Positions 8,656 through 18,447 of a DNA stretch of 32,000 nt are shown here, piece by piece. The stretch spans positions 570,001-602,000 of the forward strand of contig NZ_CP065936.1 of the NCBI RefSeq assembly GCF_003367075.2, written 5' to 3'. The stretch is from Cylindrospermopsis raciborskii Cr2010. Lineage in GTDB: Bacteria > Cyanobacteriota > Cyanobacteriia > Cyanobacteriales > Nostocaceae. Numbering within the stretch: the first letter of the stretch is position 1; the number at the start of each line of letters is the position of its first letter. Under the pieces are notes generated by a model, which saw nothing but the letters and a program-made list of their open reading frames with translations, was not told the DNA's origin and did not search any database. Both the position numbers and the translations under genes were made by a program.

Positions 8656-9537
8656 ATGGGAGGTATAGACATGGTGAGGCAAATTCCATCAAAAACTCAA
8701 CTGCGGGTGATAAAATCTAACATTAGTCAGGGTGTGGAGACGCCTGAAATTGTCTACCCAGAAAGTGATAATAAACCTATGGCGGATAACACTAGACAAT
8801 TTACATGGATTGTCAAAATTAAGGAAAATTTAGAAATACTATTTAAGTCCAATGCGGATGTGTTTGTGGCTGGGGACTTATTTTGGTATCCAGTGGAGGG
8901 TAGTAACAAAATTAAACTGGCCCCTGACACCATGGTAGTGTTTGGGAGACCCAAGGGGTACCGGGGGTCTTATCGACAGTGGGAAGAGAATAATATTCCC
9001 CCCCAGGTGGTGTTTGAAATTTTATCTCCTGGTAATAATAATACTGAGATGGACAGAAAAAAGCTCTTTTATCTGGAACATGGAGTGGAGGAGTATTATG
9101 TGTATAACCCAGACAAGACTAGTCTAGAAGTATCTATTAGGGAAAATAACTCATTTAAGGAAATTGAGAATTTTACCACTTGGACCAGTCCAAGATTGAA
9201 AATAAGATTTGACATGACCCAAGATGAATTAGTCATCTATTATCCAGATGGGAGTAAGTTTCTTAATCCTGTAGAATTGAGTAATTATGCAGAACAAGAA
9301 ACTCAACGTGCAGAACGTGAAAAATTGCTTAAAGAGCAGGAAACTCAGCGTGCAGAACGTGAAAAACTTCTCAAAGAACAAGAAACTCAACGTGCAGAAC
9401 GTGAAAAACTTCTCAAAGAACAAGAAACTCAGCGTGCAGAACGTGAAAGACTTCTCAAAGAGCAGGAACAAATAAAGTATCAAACATTGCTATCACAATT
9501 AAAAGCTAAGGGTATTGATATTACTGCACTCGAATAA
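8656..9537 (+). CDS. Uma2 family (DUF820, PD-(D/E)XK-like) protein with C-terminal tandem-repeat coiled coil
   Basis: 293 aa; LAPDTMVVFGRPKGYRGSYRQWEENNIPPQVVFEILSPGNNNTEMDRKKLFYLEHGVEEYYVYNPDK is the Uma2/DUF820 core; tail is (EQETQRAEREKLLK)n. Confidence 0.87.
   Translation: MGGIDMVRQIPSKTQLRVIKSNISQGVETPEIVYPESDNKPMADNTRQFTWIVKIKENLEILFKSNADVFVAGDLFWYPVEGSNKIKLAPDTMVVFGRPKGYRGSYRQWEENNIPPQVVFEILSPGNNNTEMDRKKLFYLEHGVEEYYVYNPDKTSLEVSIRENNSFKEIENFTTWTSPRLKIRFDMTQDELVIYYPDGSKFLNPVELSNYAEQETQRAEREKLLKEQETQRAEREKLLKEQETQRAEREKLLKEQETQRAERERLLKEQEQIKYQTLLSQLKAKGIDITALE
9292..9477 (+). repeat. in-frame 42-bp tandem repeat (14 aa), about 4 units plus a partial
   Basis: gaacaagaaactcaacgtgcagaacgtgaaaaacttctcaaa type unit beginning at 9292, 9334, 9376, 9418 and (partial) 9460. 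Confidence 0.9.
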
Positions 9538-9602
9538 ACTATTACCTGCACCAGAATACCCTTGGGGGTTTTTAAAAACTGGAGTTTATACTAAAGAGAA
9601 GA

Positions 9603-9634
9603 GCGATTGCGAAGCACTCCCTACGGGATCTCGC
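9603..9634. repeat. short palindromic dispersed repeat (REP-like)
   Basis: gcgattgcgaagcactccctacgggatctcgc; same core as 8228-8240, 8422-8434 and the variant at 8446-8458. Confidence 0.6.
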
Positions 9635-9737
9635 CATTATGTCCTAATCTTGATGGCTACAGCTATAATTGCCAGTTATGTGAACTTTCCATTCCGTCAG
9701 GACTTTACCGTTTTCAGTATTATTAATCACTAAAAAT

Positions 9738-11894
9738 ATGTTGAATATTCCCCAATTAGTCGCTCTTGAATTAGGACTTAAAGTCAACCAGGTACAAAAC
9801 GCCTTGGATCTCTTAGCTGAGGGTGCAACTATTCCCTTTATTGCACGTTATCGTAAGGAACTTACCCAAGAAATGACGGAAGTACAACTACGAGATTTAT
9901 CCGATAGATATACATATTTGACAGAACTAGAAGAGAGAAAACGGGCAGTTTTAAGCGCCATATCAGAACAAGGTAAACTCACGGACAAACTGGAAGAGAA
10001 AATCAGCTCCTGTTTACAGAAAACGGAATTAGAGGATTTATACTTACCCTACAAACCAAAGCGTCGCACTCGTGCTACTATTGCTCGAGAAAAAGGTCTG
10101 GAATCCTTAGCAGCATTTATTAAATCATTAAATGTAAAAAATGGTACATCCATTTCCCTGGATTCAGTAGCAAGTAAATATGTTGCCCAGGAAAAAGGTG
10201 TGAATACCAGTGAAGAGGCGTTAAAAGGCGCTAGTGATATTTTAGCGGAAGAAATAGCTGACAAGGCTCATTTAAGAGCCTATATCAGGGAATATGTGTT
10301 GGAAACGGGTGTGATTATTTCCCGAATCAAAGAGGAATATGCGGAAGGGACAACTAAATTTGAAATGTACCGTAACTATCAGGTAAAGGTCAAAAATGTT
10401 GCTCCCCATAATATGTTAGCTTTAAGTAGGGGAGAAGCGGAAAAACTCTTAGTCTTTGACATTGGTTTTGACCAAGATTTTCTACTTGCTTATTTGGAAT
10501 CTCAGGAAATTCACACCCGAACACAAAATATCAGACAGTTCTACCAAGCTATGTTAAAGGATGCTTTTAACCGCTTGATGAAAACTTCGTTAATTAATGA
10601 AGTAATTAGTGAAAAGAAAACCTATTCTGATGTTGAATCTATTAAAACCTTTGAAGCAAATCTGAGGGAGTTGTTATTGTCTGCACCCGCAGGGATGAAA
10701 CCCACCTTGGCCATAGATCCAGGGTTTAGAACGGGTTGTAAGACAGCGATTTTAGATCCGACGGGTAAATTCCTAGAATATCAAGCTGTTTTTCCTCACC
10801 AGGGAGGGGAACAGAGGCAAAAAGCGGTTCAGACGGTAAAAAAGCTCATAGAAAAGTATGAGATTCAACTAATAGCAATTGGCAATGGCACAGCATCTCG
10901 CGAAACGGATGAATTTATCACCGAGGTTTTAAGAGATTGCCACTCCAAACCAATTAAGGTTATGGTGAATGAGTCTGGTGCATCTATATATTCAGCTAGT
11001 GAAGTAGCTAGAAAGGAATTTCCTGATTTAGATATAACTGTCAGAGGTGCAATTAGTATTGGGAGAAGATTGCAAGATCCCCTGGCTGAATTAGTAAAAA
11101 TTGACCCCAAATCCATTGGGGTGGGACAATATCAGCATGATGTGGATCAAAAACTCCTGAAAAAGAAATTACATGAAACCGTTGAAAGTTGTGTCAATTA
11201 TGTGGGAGTAGATTTGAATACTGCTTCTAAAGAACTGTTGACATTTGTTTCTGGAATTAACCCTACAGTTGCTAATAATATTATCACCTATCGCAATCAA
11301 TATGGGGCATTTAAAAATCGTCAACAACTGTTGAAAGTGCCAAAACTTGGTCCGAAAGCATTTGAACAGTCAGCAGGGTTTTTAAAAATTAGAAATGGGG
11401 AAAATCCCCTGGATAATACTGCAGTTCATCCGGAAAGTTATCCCCTGGTAGAAAAGATAGCAGGGGATTTACAAGTACCATTAAATCAAGTTACCCAAAT
11501 AGCAGAACGGTTGAAAAAAACTGGCATCAAAAAATACCTGACTGATGCCATCGGAGAGCCTACTTTGCGAGATATTCTCAGGGAACTGGAAAAACCAGGA
11601 AGAGATCCTCGTGCGGAATTTAAATATGCCACCTTCCGGGAGGGAATTAAGGAAATTAGGGACTTAACCGTGGGTATGGAATTGGAAGGAATTATTACTA
11701 ATGTGGCTAATTTTGGTGCTTTTGTTGATATTGGAGTTCATCAGGATGGATTGGTTCACATATCCCAATTAGCAGATAGATTTGTGGAGGATCCCAAAAC
11801 CATCGTTAAGGTGGGACAGTTGGTAAGGGTGAGGGTGCTGGAGGTGAATGAAAAGTTAAAACGTATTAGTTTATCTATGAGAAAGCCTAATTAA
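9738..11894 (+). CDS. tex: RNA-binding transcriptional accessory protein Tex (S1 domain)
   Basis: 718 aa; ATIPFIARYRKELTQEMTEVQLRDL, LAIDPGFRTGCKTAILDPTGKFL, DLDITVRGAISIGRRLQDPLAELVKIDPKSIGVGQYQHDV, C-terminal S1 domain VGMELEGIITNVANFGAFVDIGVHQDGLVHISQL. Confidence 0.96.
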   Translation: MLNIPQLVALELGLKVNQVQNALDLLAEGATIPFIARYRKELTQEMTEVQLRDLSDRYTYLTELEERKRAVLSAISEQGKLTDKLEEKISSCLQKTELEDLYLPYKPKRRTRATIAREKGLESLAAFIKSLNVKNGTSISLDSVASKYVAQEKGVNTSEEALKGASDILAEEIADKAHLRAYIREYVLETGVIISRIKEEYAEGTTKFEMYRNYQVKVKNVAPHNMLALSRGEAEKLLVFDIGFDQDFLLAYLESQEIHTRTQNIRQFYQAMLKDAFNRLMKTSLINEVISEKKTYSDVESIKTFEANLRELLLSAPAGMKPTLAIDPGFRTGCKTAILDPTGKFLEYQAVFPHQGGEQRQKAVQTVKKLIEKYEIQLIAIGNGTASRETDEFITEVLRDCHSKPIKVMVNESGASIYSASEVARKEFPDLDITVRGAISIGRRLQDPLAELVKIDPKSIGVGQYQHDVDQKLLKKKLHETVESCVNYVGVDLNTASKELLTFVSGINPTVANNIITYRNQYGAFKNRQQLLKVPKLGPKAFEQSAGFLKIRNGENPLDNTAVHPESYPLVEKIAGDLQVPLNQVTQIAERLKKTGIKKYLTDAIGEPTLRDILRELEKPGRDPRAEFKYATFREGIKEIRDLTVGMELEGIITNVANFGAFVDIGVHQDGLVHISQLADRFVEDPKTIVKVGQLVRVRVLEVNEKLKRISLSMRKPN

Positions 11895-12679
11895 GCTCCC
11901 ATGCCTGAATACTGCTTTAACCCTAAGCGCCATAGTAGGCGATTGGCTATCCAAAATATGCACAACCAAGCTAAAATGGATAAAAATCCCCTGGTTAAAT
12001 CTACGGGTAGACCTACTAAAATGCTTGCGGGAAAATGAATTAGGTAGGGAAATGGTGTCCATAGGGCGAAGTTTTTAACCGCTGGGGGAAAAACCTCTAA
12101 GGGTGCAATCATACCTGATAGAAACAGAAATAATAAGAACCAAAAGTTTTCTAGGGATGTAGCTCTTTCAGTCCAAAAGGCTAACATTCCTAGAGTGTAC
12201 TGGATGAGGAACCTCAATGCAAAAGATAGGAATGCAGCTAGGATAAACCAAAAAAAGTTGGTAAAACTGGGGATCCAGAAAGCTTGGGGGTAAAATGCGA
12301 AGAATATGCCCACAATTGCCACAATAAATGGCATTCTGGCAAATCTTTCACTAATGTGACCAGCAAGATGATGAAATACCGGGTCTAAGGGTTGTAATAA
12401 TCGATTGGAAAGTTTCCCCTCGACTACTTCTCTTTCAAAATCATAAATTACCCAAACAACCGTTAGTTGTCTAAATAGAAATACTGCAAAAAAATAGCGG
12501 GTAAAGTCAAGTGGACTTAAACCAAAGTTTCCCCCCTGTGCTGCTTTATTCCACACACCCATAATTATTATGGGTAGGGAACCAGATAAAACCCATAATA
12601 GTAGTTCTGAGCGATATTCTAGCATGTAGGCGTAATACACTGTGAGGAAGATGTGGGCCTTCCTGAAAAAATACTTCAT
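11891..12679 (-). CDS. ABC-2 family transporter permease (DUF990-like)
   Basis: 262 aa membrane protein, FEREVVEGKLSNRLLQPLDPVFHHLAGHISERFAR, FWTERATSLENFWFLLFLFLSGMIAPLEVFP; adjacent to an ABC ATPase on the same strand. Its stop overlaps the tex stop. Confidence 0.85.
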   Translation of the reverse strand: MKYFFRKAHIFLTVYYAYMLEYRSELLLWVLSGSLPIIIMGVWNKAAQGGNFGLSPLDFTRYFFAVFLFRQLTVVWVIYDFEREVVEGKLSNRLLQPLDPVFHHLAGHISERFARMPFIVAIVGIFFAFYPQAFWIPSFTNFFWFILAAFLSFALRFLIQYTLGMLAFWTERATSLENFWFLLFLFLSGMIAPLEVFPPAVKNFALWTPFPYLIHFPASILVGLPVDLTRGFLSILAWLCIFWIANRLLWRLGLKQYSGMGA

Positions 12680-12685
12680 CTTTAT

Positions 12686-13684
12686 TTACTTACGGTGGGT
12701 TGGTGATATAAGAACGGACTGGAAAACTTTACCTATTACTTCTTCTACTGGTGGTTCGGTGACAGTTAAATCTACCACGTCTAAATCTGCTAATATTTGT
12801 CCTACGGTGCGGGTTAAACCTTCCCTTTGCACGAGTAAACTAACTCTTCTACCTTCTAGATGTTCTACCTCTCCATAGTAAGTAAGTTTTTCAATAGGTA
12901 GTGACTGGGACAATTCTATATAGATTTGACGATAGGGGGCAAATTTCTGTATTAATTCTTCCAGTCTGCCATCATACATCAGTTCGCCTTGGTGAATTAC
13001 TAACACTCTTTCACAAAGAGCTGTGATATCCGCCATGTAGTGACTTGTTAATAATATGGTAGATTGATAAAGTTGGTTATATTCTCTTAAGAAGTCTCTT
13101 ACGTTAACTTGGGCGTTAATATCCAGTCCCAGAGTTGGTTCATCTAAAAACAGAACCTGGGGACGGTGTAAAAGAGCGGCTAAAATTTCTGCCTTCATTC
13201 TTTCACCTAGAGAAAGTTTCCTGACTGGTTGGTTTAGTTTGCTACCTAGGGAAAGCATTTCTGTCAGTTCACCAACTCGCTGCTGAAATTCTCTATTGGA
13301 TATATTATATACTGCAGCATTGATTTTTAGGGAATCTATGGCTGGTAAATCCCATAATAATTGCTGCTTTTGTCCCATAACTAGGGTAATTCTTTGCAAA
13401 AATGCTTCCTGACGACGAAAAGGACTGAATCCCCCCACTTTTAGTGATCCGCTGGAAGGATGAATTAGACCAGTCAGCATTTTTAAGGTCGTGGTTTTAC
13501 CCGCACCATTGGGCCCCAAAAACCCCACTATTTCTCCAGGTTCTATGGTGAAGGTTACATCTTTAACAGCTTGAATGTGACGATATTGACGATTGAAGAA
13601 GTGGTTTATTGTACCAACAAACCCAGGTTGTTTAATGGCAACTGAATACGATTTGCTAAGATTTTGAGCTTGGATAATCGACAT
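12686..13684 (-). CDS. ABC transporter ATP-binding protein
   Basis: 332 aa; Walker A GFLGPNGAGKTTTLKMLTGL, signature LSLGERMKAEILAALLH, Walker B VLFLDEPTLGLD. Confidence 0.94.
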   Translation of the reverse strand: MSIIQAQNLSKSYSVAIKQPGFVGTINHFFNRQYRHIQAVKDVTFTIEPGEIVGFLGPNGAGKTTTLKMLTGLIHPSSGSLKVGGFSPFRRQEAFLQRITLVMGQKQQLLWDLPAIDSLKINAAVYNISNREFQQRVGELTEMLSLGSKLNQPVRKLSLGERMKAEILAALLHRPQVLFLDEPTLGLDINAQVNVRDFLREYNQLYQSTILLTSHYMADITALCERVLVIHQGELMYDGRLEELIQKFAPYRQIYIELSQSLPIEKLTYYGEVEHLEGRRVSLLVQREGLTRTVGQILADLDVVDLTVTEPPVEEVIGKVFQSVLISPTHRK

Positions 13685-13723
13685 AAAAATATTACAATAT
13701 GTGCTGAAACGTCAAGCCTTCGC

Positions 13724-14788
13724 CTACAAAAGATCCGTAAATCGAGGATCACTCTGTAGTTTCTTTAACACCTGTTTAATTTCCTGAGTTCGATCTTTGT
13801 CAACTATTAGGGTAACATTGCGATCGCGCACAATCACCAAATTTTCTAAACCGATAGTGACCACTAAATCGTTGGGATCGGAAGCATAAATAATAGTTCC
13901 TTGGGTATGGAGACCGACATGGGTAGCTAATTCTACATTTTGATCTTCCTGGGTTTTGAGTAGACGTTCAATGGCATTCCAGTCCCCCAGATCATCCCAG
14001 CCAAATTCTACTGGTAAGACATAAGCCAAATTAGTCTTTTCCATGAGGGCATAATCTATACTTTGCTTAGGCAAAGAAGGGTAAATCCCAGGTCCATGTT
14101 CTGCTAAAGGGATGACAATTTCTGGAGTATGGGTGTGTAATTCTTGTAGTATGACTCCAGCGCGAAATACAAACATGCCACTATTCCAGCTAAAACGTCC
14201 TGTAGATAAAAAATGTTCAGCTGTTTCTCGGTTGGGCTTTTCAGTAAACCGGTTGACGTGATAGACTGGTAAATTATTAAATTTACCAACCCTTTCACCC
14301 TGTTCAATATACCCATAAGCAGTGGATGGAAAACTAGGCTTAATCCCCAAAGTGACGATCGCTTGTGTGCTGGTTGCTAATTGGGTAGCAGCACTGAGAG
14401 TGTTTTCAAACGCCTCTTGGTCAGCAATCCAGTGATCAGCAGGGAAAAATCCAATCACAGTGTCATCCCCATGACGCTTCTGGATTTCCAAACTTGCCCA
14501 GGCGATCGCAGCTGCTGTATCCCTACCCTCTAATTCAACTAACAGGTTTGAGGGTAACAGGTTGGGCAATTGCTGTTCTACACCCTGAGATATTTGGCTG
14601 GAAGTGATTACCCACAGATTATCCCAACCTCCAGAGACATTTAGCAGTCGCTTGGCTGTGGATTGCAGTAAACTTTGGGAACTACCATCCAGATTTAAGA
14701 ACTGTTTAGGTTTGTCTTTGCGACTTAGGGGCCAAAAGCGCTCGCCCTTACCACCAGCCAAAATAACGGGGATCATGGAACTAGTCAT
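13724..14788 (-). CDS. manC: mannose-1-phosphate guanylyltransferase
   Basis: 354 aa; VILAGGKGERFWPLSRKDKPKQFLNL, FPADHWI, FTEKPNRETAEHFLSTGRFSWNSGMFVFRA, FGWDDLGDW. Confidence 0.9.
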   Translation of the reverse strand: MTSSMIPVILAGGKGERFWPLSRKDKPKQFLNLDGSSQSLLQSTAKRLLNVSGGWDNLWVITSSQISQGVEQQLPNLLPSNLLVELEGRDTAAAIAWASLEIQKRHGDDTVIGFFPADHWIADQEAFENTLSAATQLATSTQAIVTLGIKPSFPSTAYGYIEQGERVGKFNNLPVYHVNRFTEKPNRETAEHFLSTGRFSWNSGMFVFRAGVILQELHTHTPEIVIPLAEHGPGIYPSLPKQSIDYALMEKTNLAYVLPVEFGWDDLGDWNAIERLLKTQEDQNVELATHVGLHTQGTIIYASDPNDLVVTIGLENLVIVRDRNVTLIVDKDRTQEIKQVLKKLQSDPRFTDLL

Positions 14789-15076
14789 GTTGTTTTCAGA
14801 AAATGGGAACTACTGTAAAACAATATTAAGTCTATATTTATTATTCATCCCATTTGGGATAATCTTGACTGAATCCATCTGGCCAGTGGGGAATTATTGA
14901 ATAAAAAATCTAGTAGTCTACATTAATTTCAGATCAAGGTTGGTTTGGTTGTTCAACTGGTTTCCTTGCAAGCCTAATTTTCCCTGCACTATCTGAATTA
15001 TAACCTGCGATACCAGAAATTTGTGGCTTAATATGAACGTACTCTTATGAAAAAGTGATTAAGTGGGGAGGCAATT

Positions 15077-16573
15077 GTGATTAAACAAGTTCAGTGGTTA
15101 GAAAATCAGCTTGCAATTCAACAAGTGACTGCTTTAGAACATGAGGGACAACTGGAGCAATTTATGTCAGTTGAAACTCAGACTGTGTCAAATCCGGTAT
15201 TGAGAGCGGAGGTAACTGCAGGGGGTGTAAATAGTCAACGAACAGTCGCTGAACTAATGGGATCAATGCCATATCAGATTTCTGACAAATTAGGATTAAG
15301 TATGCCTCGTTGGCTATTGTGGGTATTAACCTTTTCTATAAGCATCACCTTATCAGGGCTATTCATGTCAGCAGTTGCTTTATGGACTCCCCTATGGAGT
15401 AACTTAGAGAAAGCAGAAGATGACGGATTTACACCAAGTAATAGAGATACTTTAAAAGTATCGGATGGTTTATGGAATAAACTTTCCCTTTATCAACTAT
15501 CCAAACCCATGAACATTTTAGTGATGGGTGTTGAACCGATTAAAGGCACCCTAGATGGTTCACCAGAAAGTTTTGCCGGTAGCAGTGACACCATGTTACT
15601 AGTGCGGTTAAACCCTAGTGATAAATCAATAAGGGTGCTTTCCATTCCCAAGGGGACAATGGTGTCCTTACCAGAAGATGGACTCAGCAAGATATCAGAA
15701 GCTAATACCAAGGGTGGTCCGGTATTAGCTGCACGGGTAATCAGTCGCACTTTTAGTAACGCTCCCATAGATAGGTATATTCGTATTTCCACGAGTGGTT
15801 TACGAGAACTGGTGGATCAGTTGGGGGGAGTAGATATATTTGTACCCCAGTCTATGAGCTCTCAGGAGCAAACTGGTGGAACACCAACAAATTTAGTGAG
15901 TGGGTGGCAAACCCTCAACGGTGAACAGGCGGAATTATTTGCTCGTTTTCGGGAATCTAGTCTGGGAGATATAGCCAGGGTGCAACGACAACAAGCTCTG
16001 ATTGGTGGTCTGGTTCAACGCCTAAATAATCCTGTCGTTCTACCTCGGTTACCCCAACTTACTCGTATGATGCGCAAGTATTTTGACACCAATTTGAGAA
16101 TGGAAGAGATGATGGCCTTGGCCAATTTTGCCGTCAATGTGGAACGGGATAATTTTCAAATGACCATGCTTCCTGGTACCTTTAGTAAGTTCAGTAAAGA
16201 TCCAGAAAGTTACTGGTTGAATCTCACCGGACAACAAAGTTTGTTAAAAAATTATGTTGGGGTGGATATTTATCAAGTCAAATCAGACTCTCGTTCAGTT
16301 TCTCAGCTAAAAATTGCCATTCAAAATGCCAGCAGTCAACCTCAAGTAACTGCAAAAGTTATCAACCAACTCAAGTCCAAGGGTTTTGCTAATATTTACA
16401 CTGTTCCCGATTGGGCTGAAAACCAACGCCAAACCCAGATCTTTGTTCGCAGAGGAACTCGACAACCAGGAGTAGAGCTACAGACAATATTGGGTAGGGG
16501 TCAAATTGAAGTTTCCGCTCAAGGAGATTTAGATGCAGATCTCACCATTCGCATTGGTGAAGATTGGAAATAG
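15077..16573 (+). CDS. LytR-CpsA-Psr (LCP) family protein
   Basis: 498 aa; cytoplasmic N-terminus, TM helix, then KPMNILVMGVEP, GSSDTMLLVRLNPSDKSIRVLSIPKGTMV, AQGEQAELFARFR-type motif, VQRQQALIGGL. Confidence 0.9.
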   Translation: MIKQVQWLENQLAIQQVTALEHEGQLEQFMSVETQTVSNPVLRAEVTAGGVNSQRTVAELMGSMPYQISDKLGLSMPRWLLWVLTFSISITLSGLFMSAVALWTPLWSNLEKAEDDGFTPSNRDTLKVSDGLWNKLSLYQLSKPMNILVMGVEPIKGTLDGSPESFAGSSDTMLLVRLNPSDKSIRVLSIPKGTMVSLPEDGLSKISEANTKGGPVLAARVISRTFSNAPIDRYIRISTSGLRELVDQLGGVDIFVPQSMSSQEQTGGTPTNLVSGWQTLNGEQAELFARFRESSLGDIARVQRQQALIGGLVQRLNNPVVLPRLPQLTRMMRKYFDTNLRMEEMMALANFAVNVERDNFQMTMLPGTFSKFSKDPESYWLNLTGQQSLLKNYVGVDIYQVKSDSRSVSQLKIAIQNASSQPQVTAKVINQLKSKGFANIYTVPDWAENQRQTQIFVRRGTRQPGVELQTILGRGQIEVSAQGDLDADLTIRIGEDWK

Positions 16574-16613
16574 ATTAGAAATGAAAGGCGAAATTTGAGG
16601 CCACCATCAATAT

Positions 16614-16636
16614 TCCCCGTACCATCAGGTCGGGGA
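16614..16636 (+). terminator. hairpin downstream of the LCP gene (possible transcription terminator)
   Basis: TCCCCG...CGGGGA arms; with internal ACC/GGT pairing it forms CCCCG(T)ACC-ATCA-GGTCGGGG. No clean U tract. Confidence 0.35.
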
Positions 16637-16703
16637 GTATATCAAAAAGCATGTTTAATTCCTAGGAAAGGTCTGAATGTATTTAACTACAGCTGGGTGA
16701 AAT

Positions 16704-16895
16704 TTAGATAGTTTCTAACCAGTCATAGATCTGCTCTAACTGGTCTAGAGTTATTAGTCCATATTGCCACAGGATCATGGTTAGGGATCCAGTATCTTGC
16801 TCAGGGTGACGCAGAGCGACAGCTAGGGAAGCTGCTGAAATCGCTAAATCTTCCTGCAGGAAATTGATCAGACGGGTGTATCTCGATTGTACCAT
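16704..16895 (-). CDS. DUF2949-type small cyanobacterial protein
   Basis: 63 aa; RLINFLQEDLAISAASLAVALRH...LTMILWQYGLITLDQLEQIYDWLE. Confidence 0.75.
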   Translation of the reverse strand: MVQSRYTRLINFLQEDLAISAASLAVALRHPEQDTGSLTMILWQYGLITLDQLEQIYDWLETI

Positions 16896-16978
16896 TTCTA
16901 TCTCACCTCCCGGGGGTAAAGCATATTATCTTATATCGTTTCTTTTTTTTTAGTTACCTAAAGACAGTATTTAATGTG

Positions 16979-17494
16979 TCACCTGAGCGGTTTGAATACC
17001 TCAATTTTGACCCTATCTCCTATTTTGAGACCCAGTTCCCGGGCCCGTTCAGCTCTTAATTCAACCACTTGGTCTATTAGCACTCTTGGACCGTAGGTAG
17101 GACAGGGTTCATTTTTGCAGGGGGGGGCGGTCTTGATATATTGAACCACGCCTCTGTTAATAAATACCATGTCTAATGACACTGGTACATTCTTCATCCA
17201 AAATCCTACTGGTTGGGGTGAGGGAAATGCAAACAACATACCCCGGTTATCTGGTAAAGCTGGACGATACATTAACCCCATCATCTGCTGTTCTGGTGTT
17301 TTTGCAACTTCCAAATCAATTTTTTTGCCATTGGCAATGGTCATTTGAGCGGAAACTGGCAAGTATTGACCTTTAGTGTTTGACTGGGGTAACTGAGCAT
17401 TTAAGGTGGTATTGAGTTGGGCCGAACTCGGAGCAGAACAGCTGGCGAGTAAAATACTCAACAGTAAATAACATATTATAAGACAGTGTAACAT
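16979..17494 (-). CDS. DUF192 domain-containing lipoprotein-like protein
   Basis: 171 aa; LLSILLASCSAPSS lipobox; EVAKTPEQQMMGLMYRPALPDNRGMLFAFPSPQPVGFWMKNVPVSLDMVFIN...VDQVVELRAERARELGLKIGDRV. Confidence 0.9.
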   Translation of the reverse strand: MLHCLIICYLLLSILLASCSAPSSAQLNTTLNAQLPQSNTKGQYLPVSAQMTIANGKKIDLEVAKTPEQQMMGLMYRPALPDNRGMLFAFPSPQPVGFWMKNVPVSLDMVFINRGVVQYIKTAPPCKNEPCPTYGPRVLIDQVVELRAERARELGLKIGDRVKIEVFKPLR

Positions 17495-17567
17495 AAGTTA
17501 TGAAATATCTCATCCATGTCTAAATATCTAAGATATACCCAACTAATATCTAATGGTTAGTCGACAA

Positions 17568-18410
17568 TTAATTTTCCAACTCCTCAATGTTTTTCATGGT
17601 CTGTTGATATAATCCCCTGTTACCCTCTTGGTCAAAAATAGTTGCTGCTTTTTGCAAGTCTTGTAAAGCACGACGTTTATCTCCAGAAGAGGCAAAAGCA
17701 TTACCACGATTATTATAAGCAGGAGCAAACTGTGGATTTAACCGAATGGCTTGATTATAATCAGCGATCGCTTTTGATGTATTTCCCAGACTAGAATAGG
17801 CATTACCGCGATTATTATAAGCAACGGAATAATTTTGGTCAATGCGAATAGCTTGAGTATAATCTTCTAGAGCTGCATTTTTGTTTCCTTGAGCAGCATG
17901 GGAATTGCCTCTATTATTGAAAGCCTCGGCATAGTTAGGCGATAAACGAATAGCTTCGTTATAATCTTCTATAGCACCTTTTTGGTCTCCTAAAAAAGCA
18001 CGAGCATTACCCCTATAGTTGTAAGTTTCTGGGTCATTAGGATTAATTTGCAGAGACTGATTATAATCATTAATTGCTCTTTCTTTATTATTTAAGTCAA
18101 AATAAGCTAAACCACGAGCCTTAAATGCAGGTGCATAGTCAGAATTTAAACTGATAGACTTACTATAAGCAGCAATAGCAGCTTGAAAATTGCCTCTCGA
18201 GTGCTGATTTTGTCCCTGAAGATAAAATGCTCCTGCACCAGAGGTTTTACGGGTGGGACGTTTAGGGGGATTGACCCCTATTTCAGTTACCAAAAGATCC
18301 TGATTGCGATTACAAGAAACGCATAAAATTCCAGTTAACCCAGTAAAGACTAATATTGTGAATATTTTGCCTAGCACTTGCTTATTATGTGTCAATAACT
18401 GCCATTTCAT
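17568..18410 (-). CDS. tetratricopeptide-repeat lipoprotein
   Basis: 280 aa; LTGILCVSC lipobox-like segment; at least five TPR units, e.g. NYAEAFNNRGNSHAAQGNKNAALEDYTQAIRIDQ. Confidence 0.88.
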   Translation of the reverse strand: MKWQLLTHNKQVLGKIFTILVFTGLTGILCVSCNRNQDLLVTEIGVNPPKRPTRKTSGAGAFYLQGQNQHSRGNFQAAIAAYSKSISLNSDYAPAFKARGLAYFDLNNKERAINDYNQSLQINPNDPETYNYRGNARAFLGDQKGAIEDYNEAIRLSPNYAEAFNNRGNSHAAQGNKNAALEDYTQAIRIDQNYSVAYNNRGNAYSSLGNTSKAIADYNQAIRLNPQFAPAYNNRGNAFASSGDKRRALQDLQKAATIFDQEGNRGLYQQTMKNIEELEN

Positions 18411-18447
18411 AAGTTTCTATTAATGACTTTCATATCCTCAAGGGAAT

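Noticed and set aside
9229-9483. Minus-strand ORF with repeated FFEKFFTFCTLSF and a plus-strand ORF at 9287-9475 (QNVKNFSKNKKLSVQ)
   Set aside because: Both are shadow translations of the 42-bp repeat inside the Uma2 gene; codon usage and known domain support only the 8656-9537 frame.
8656-9537. Uma2/DUF820 protein as the nuclease of a defence system
   Set aside because: Uma2 proteins are highly multicopy in cyanobacteria with unresolved function. No toxin, antitoxin, methyltransferase or helicase partner is adjacent (next genes are cupA and tex).
16899-18447. DUF192, TPR and DUF2949 genes as a possible novel system
   Set aside because: These look like individually common cyanobacterial genes with separate intergenic spacing; nothing in the sequence links them functionally.
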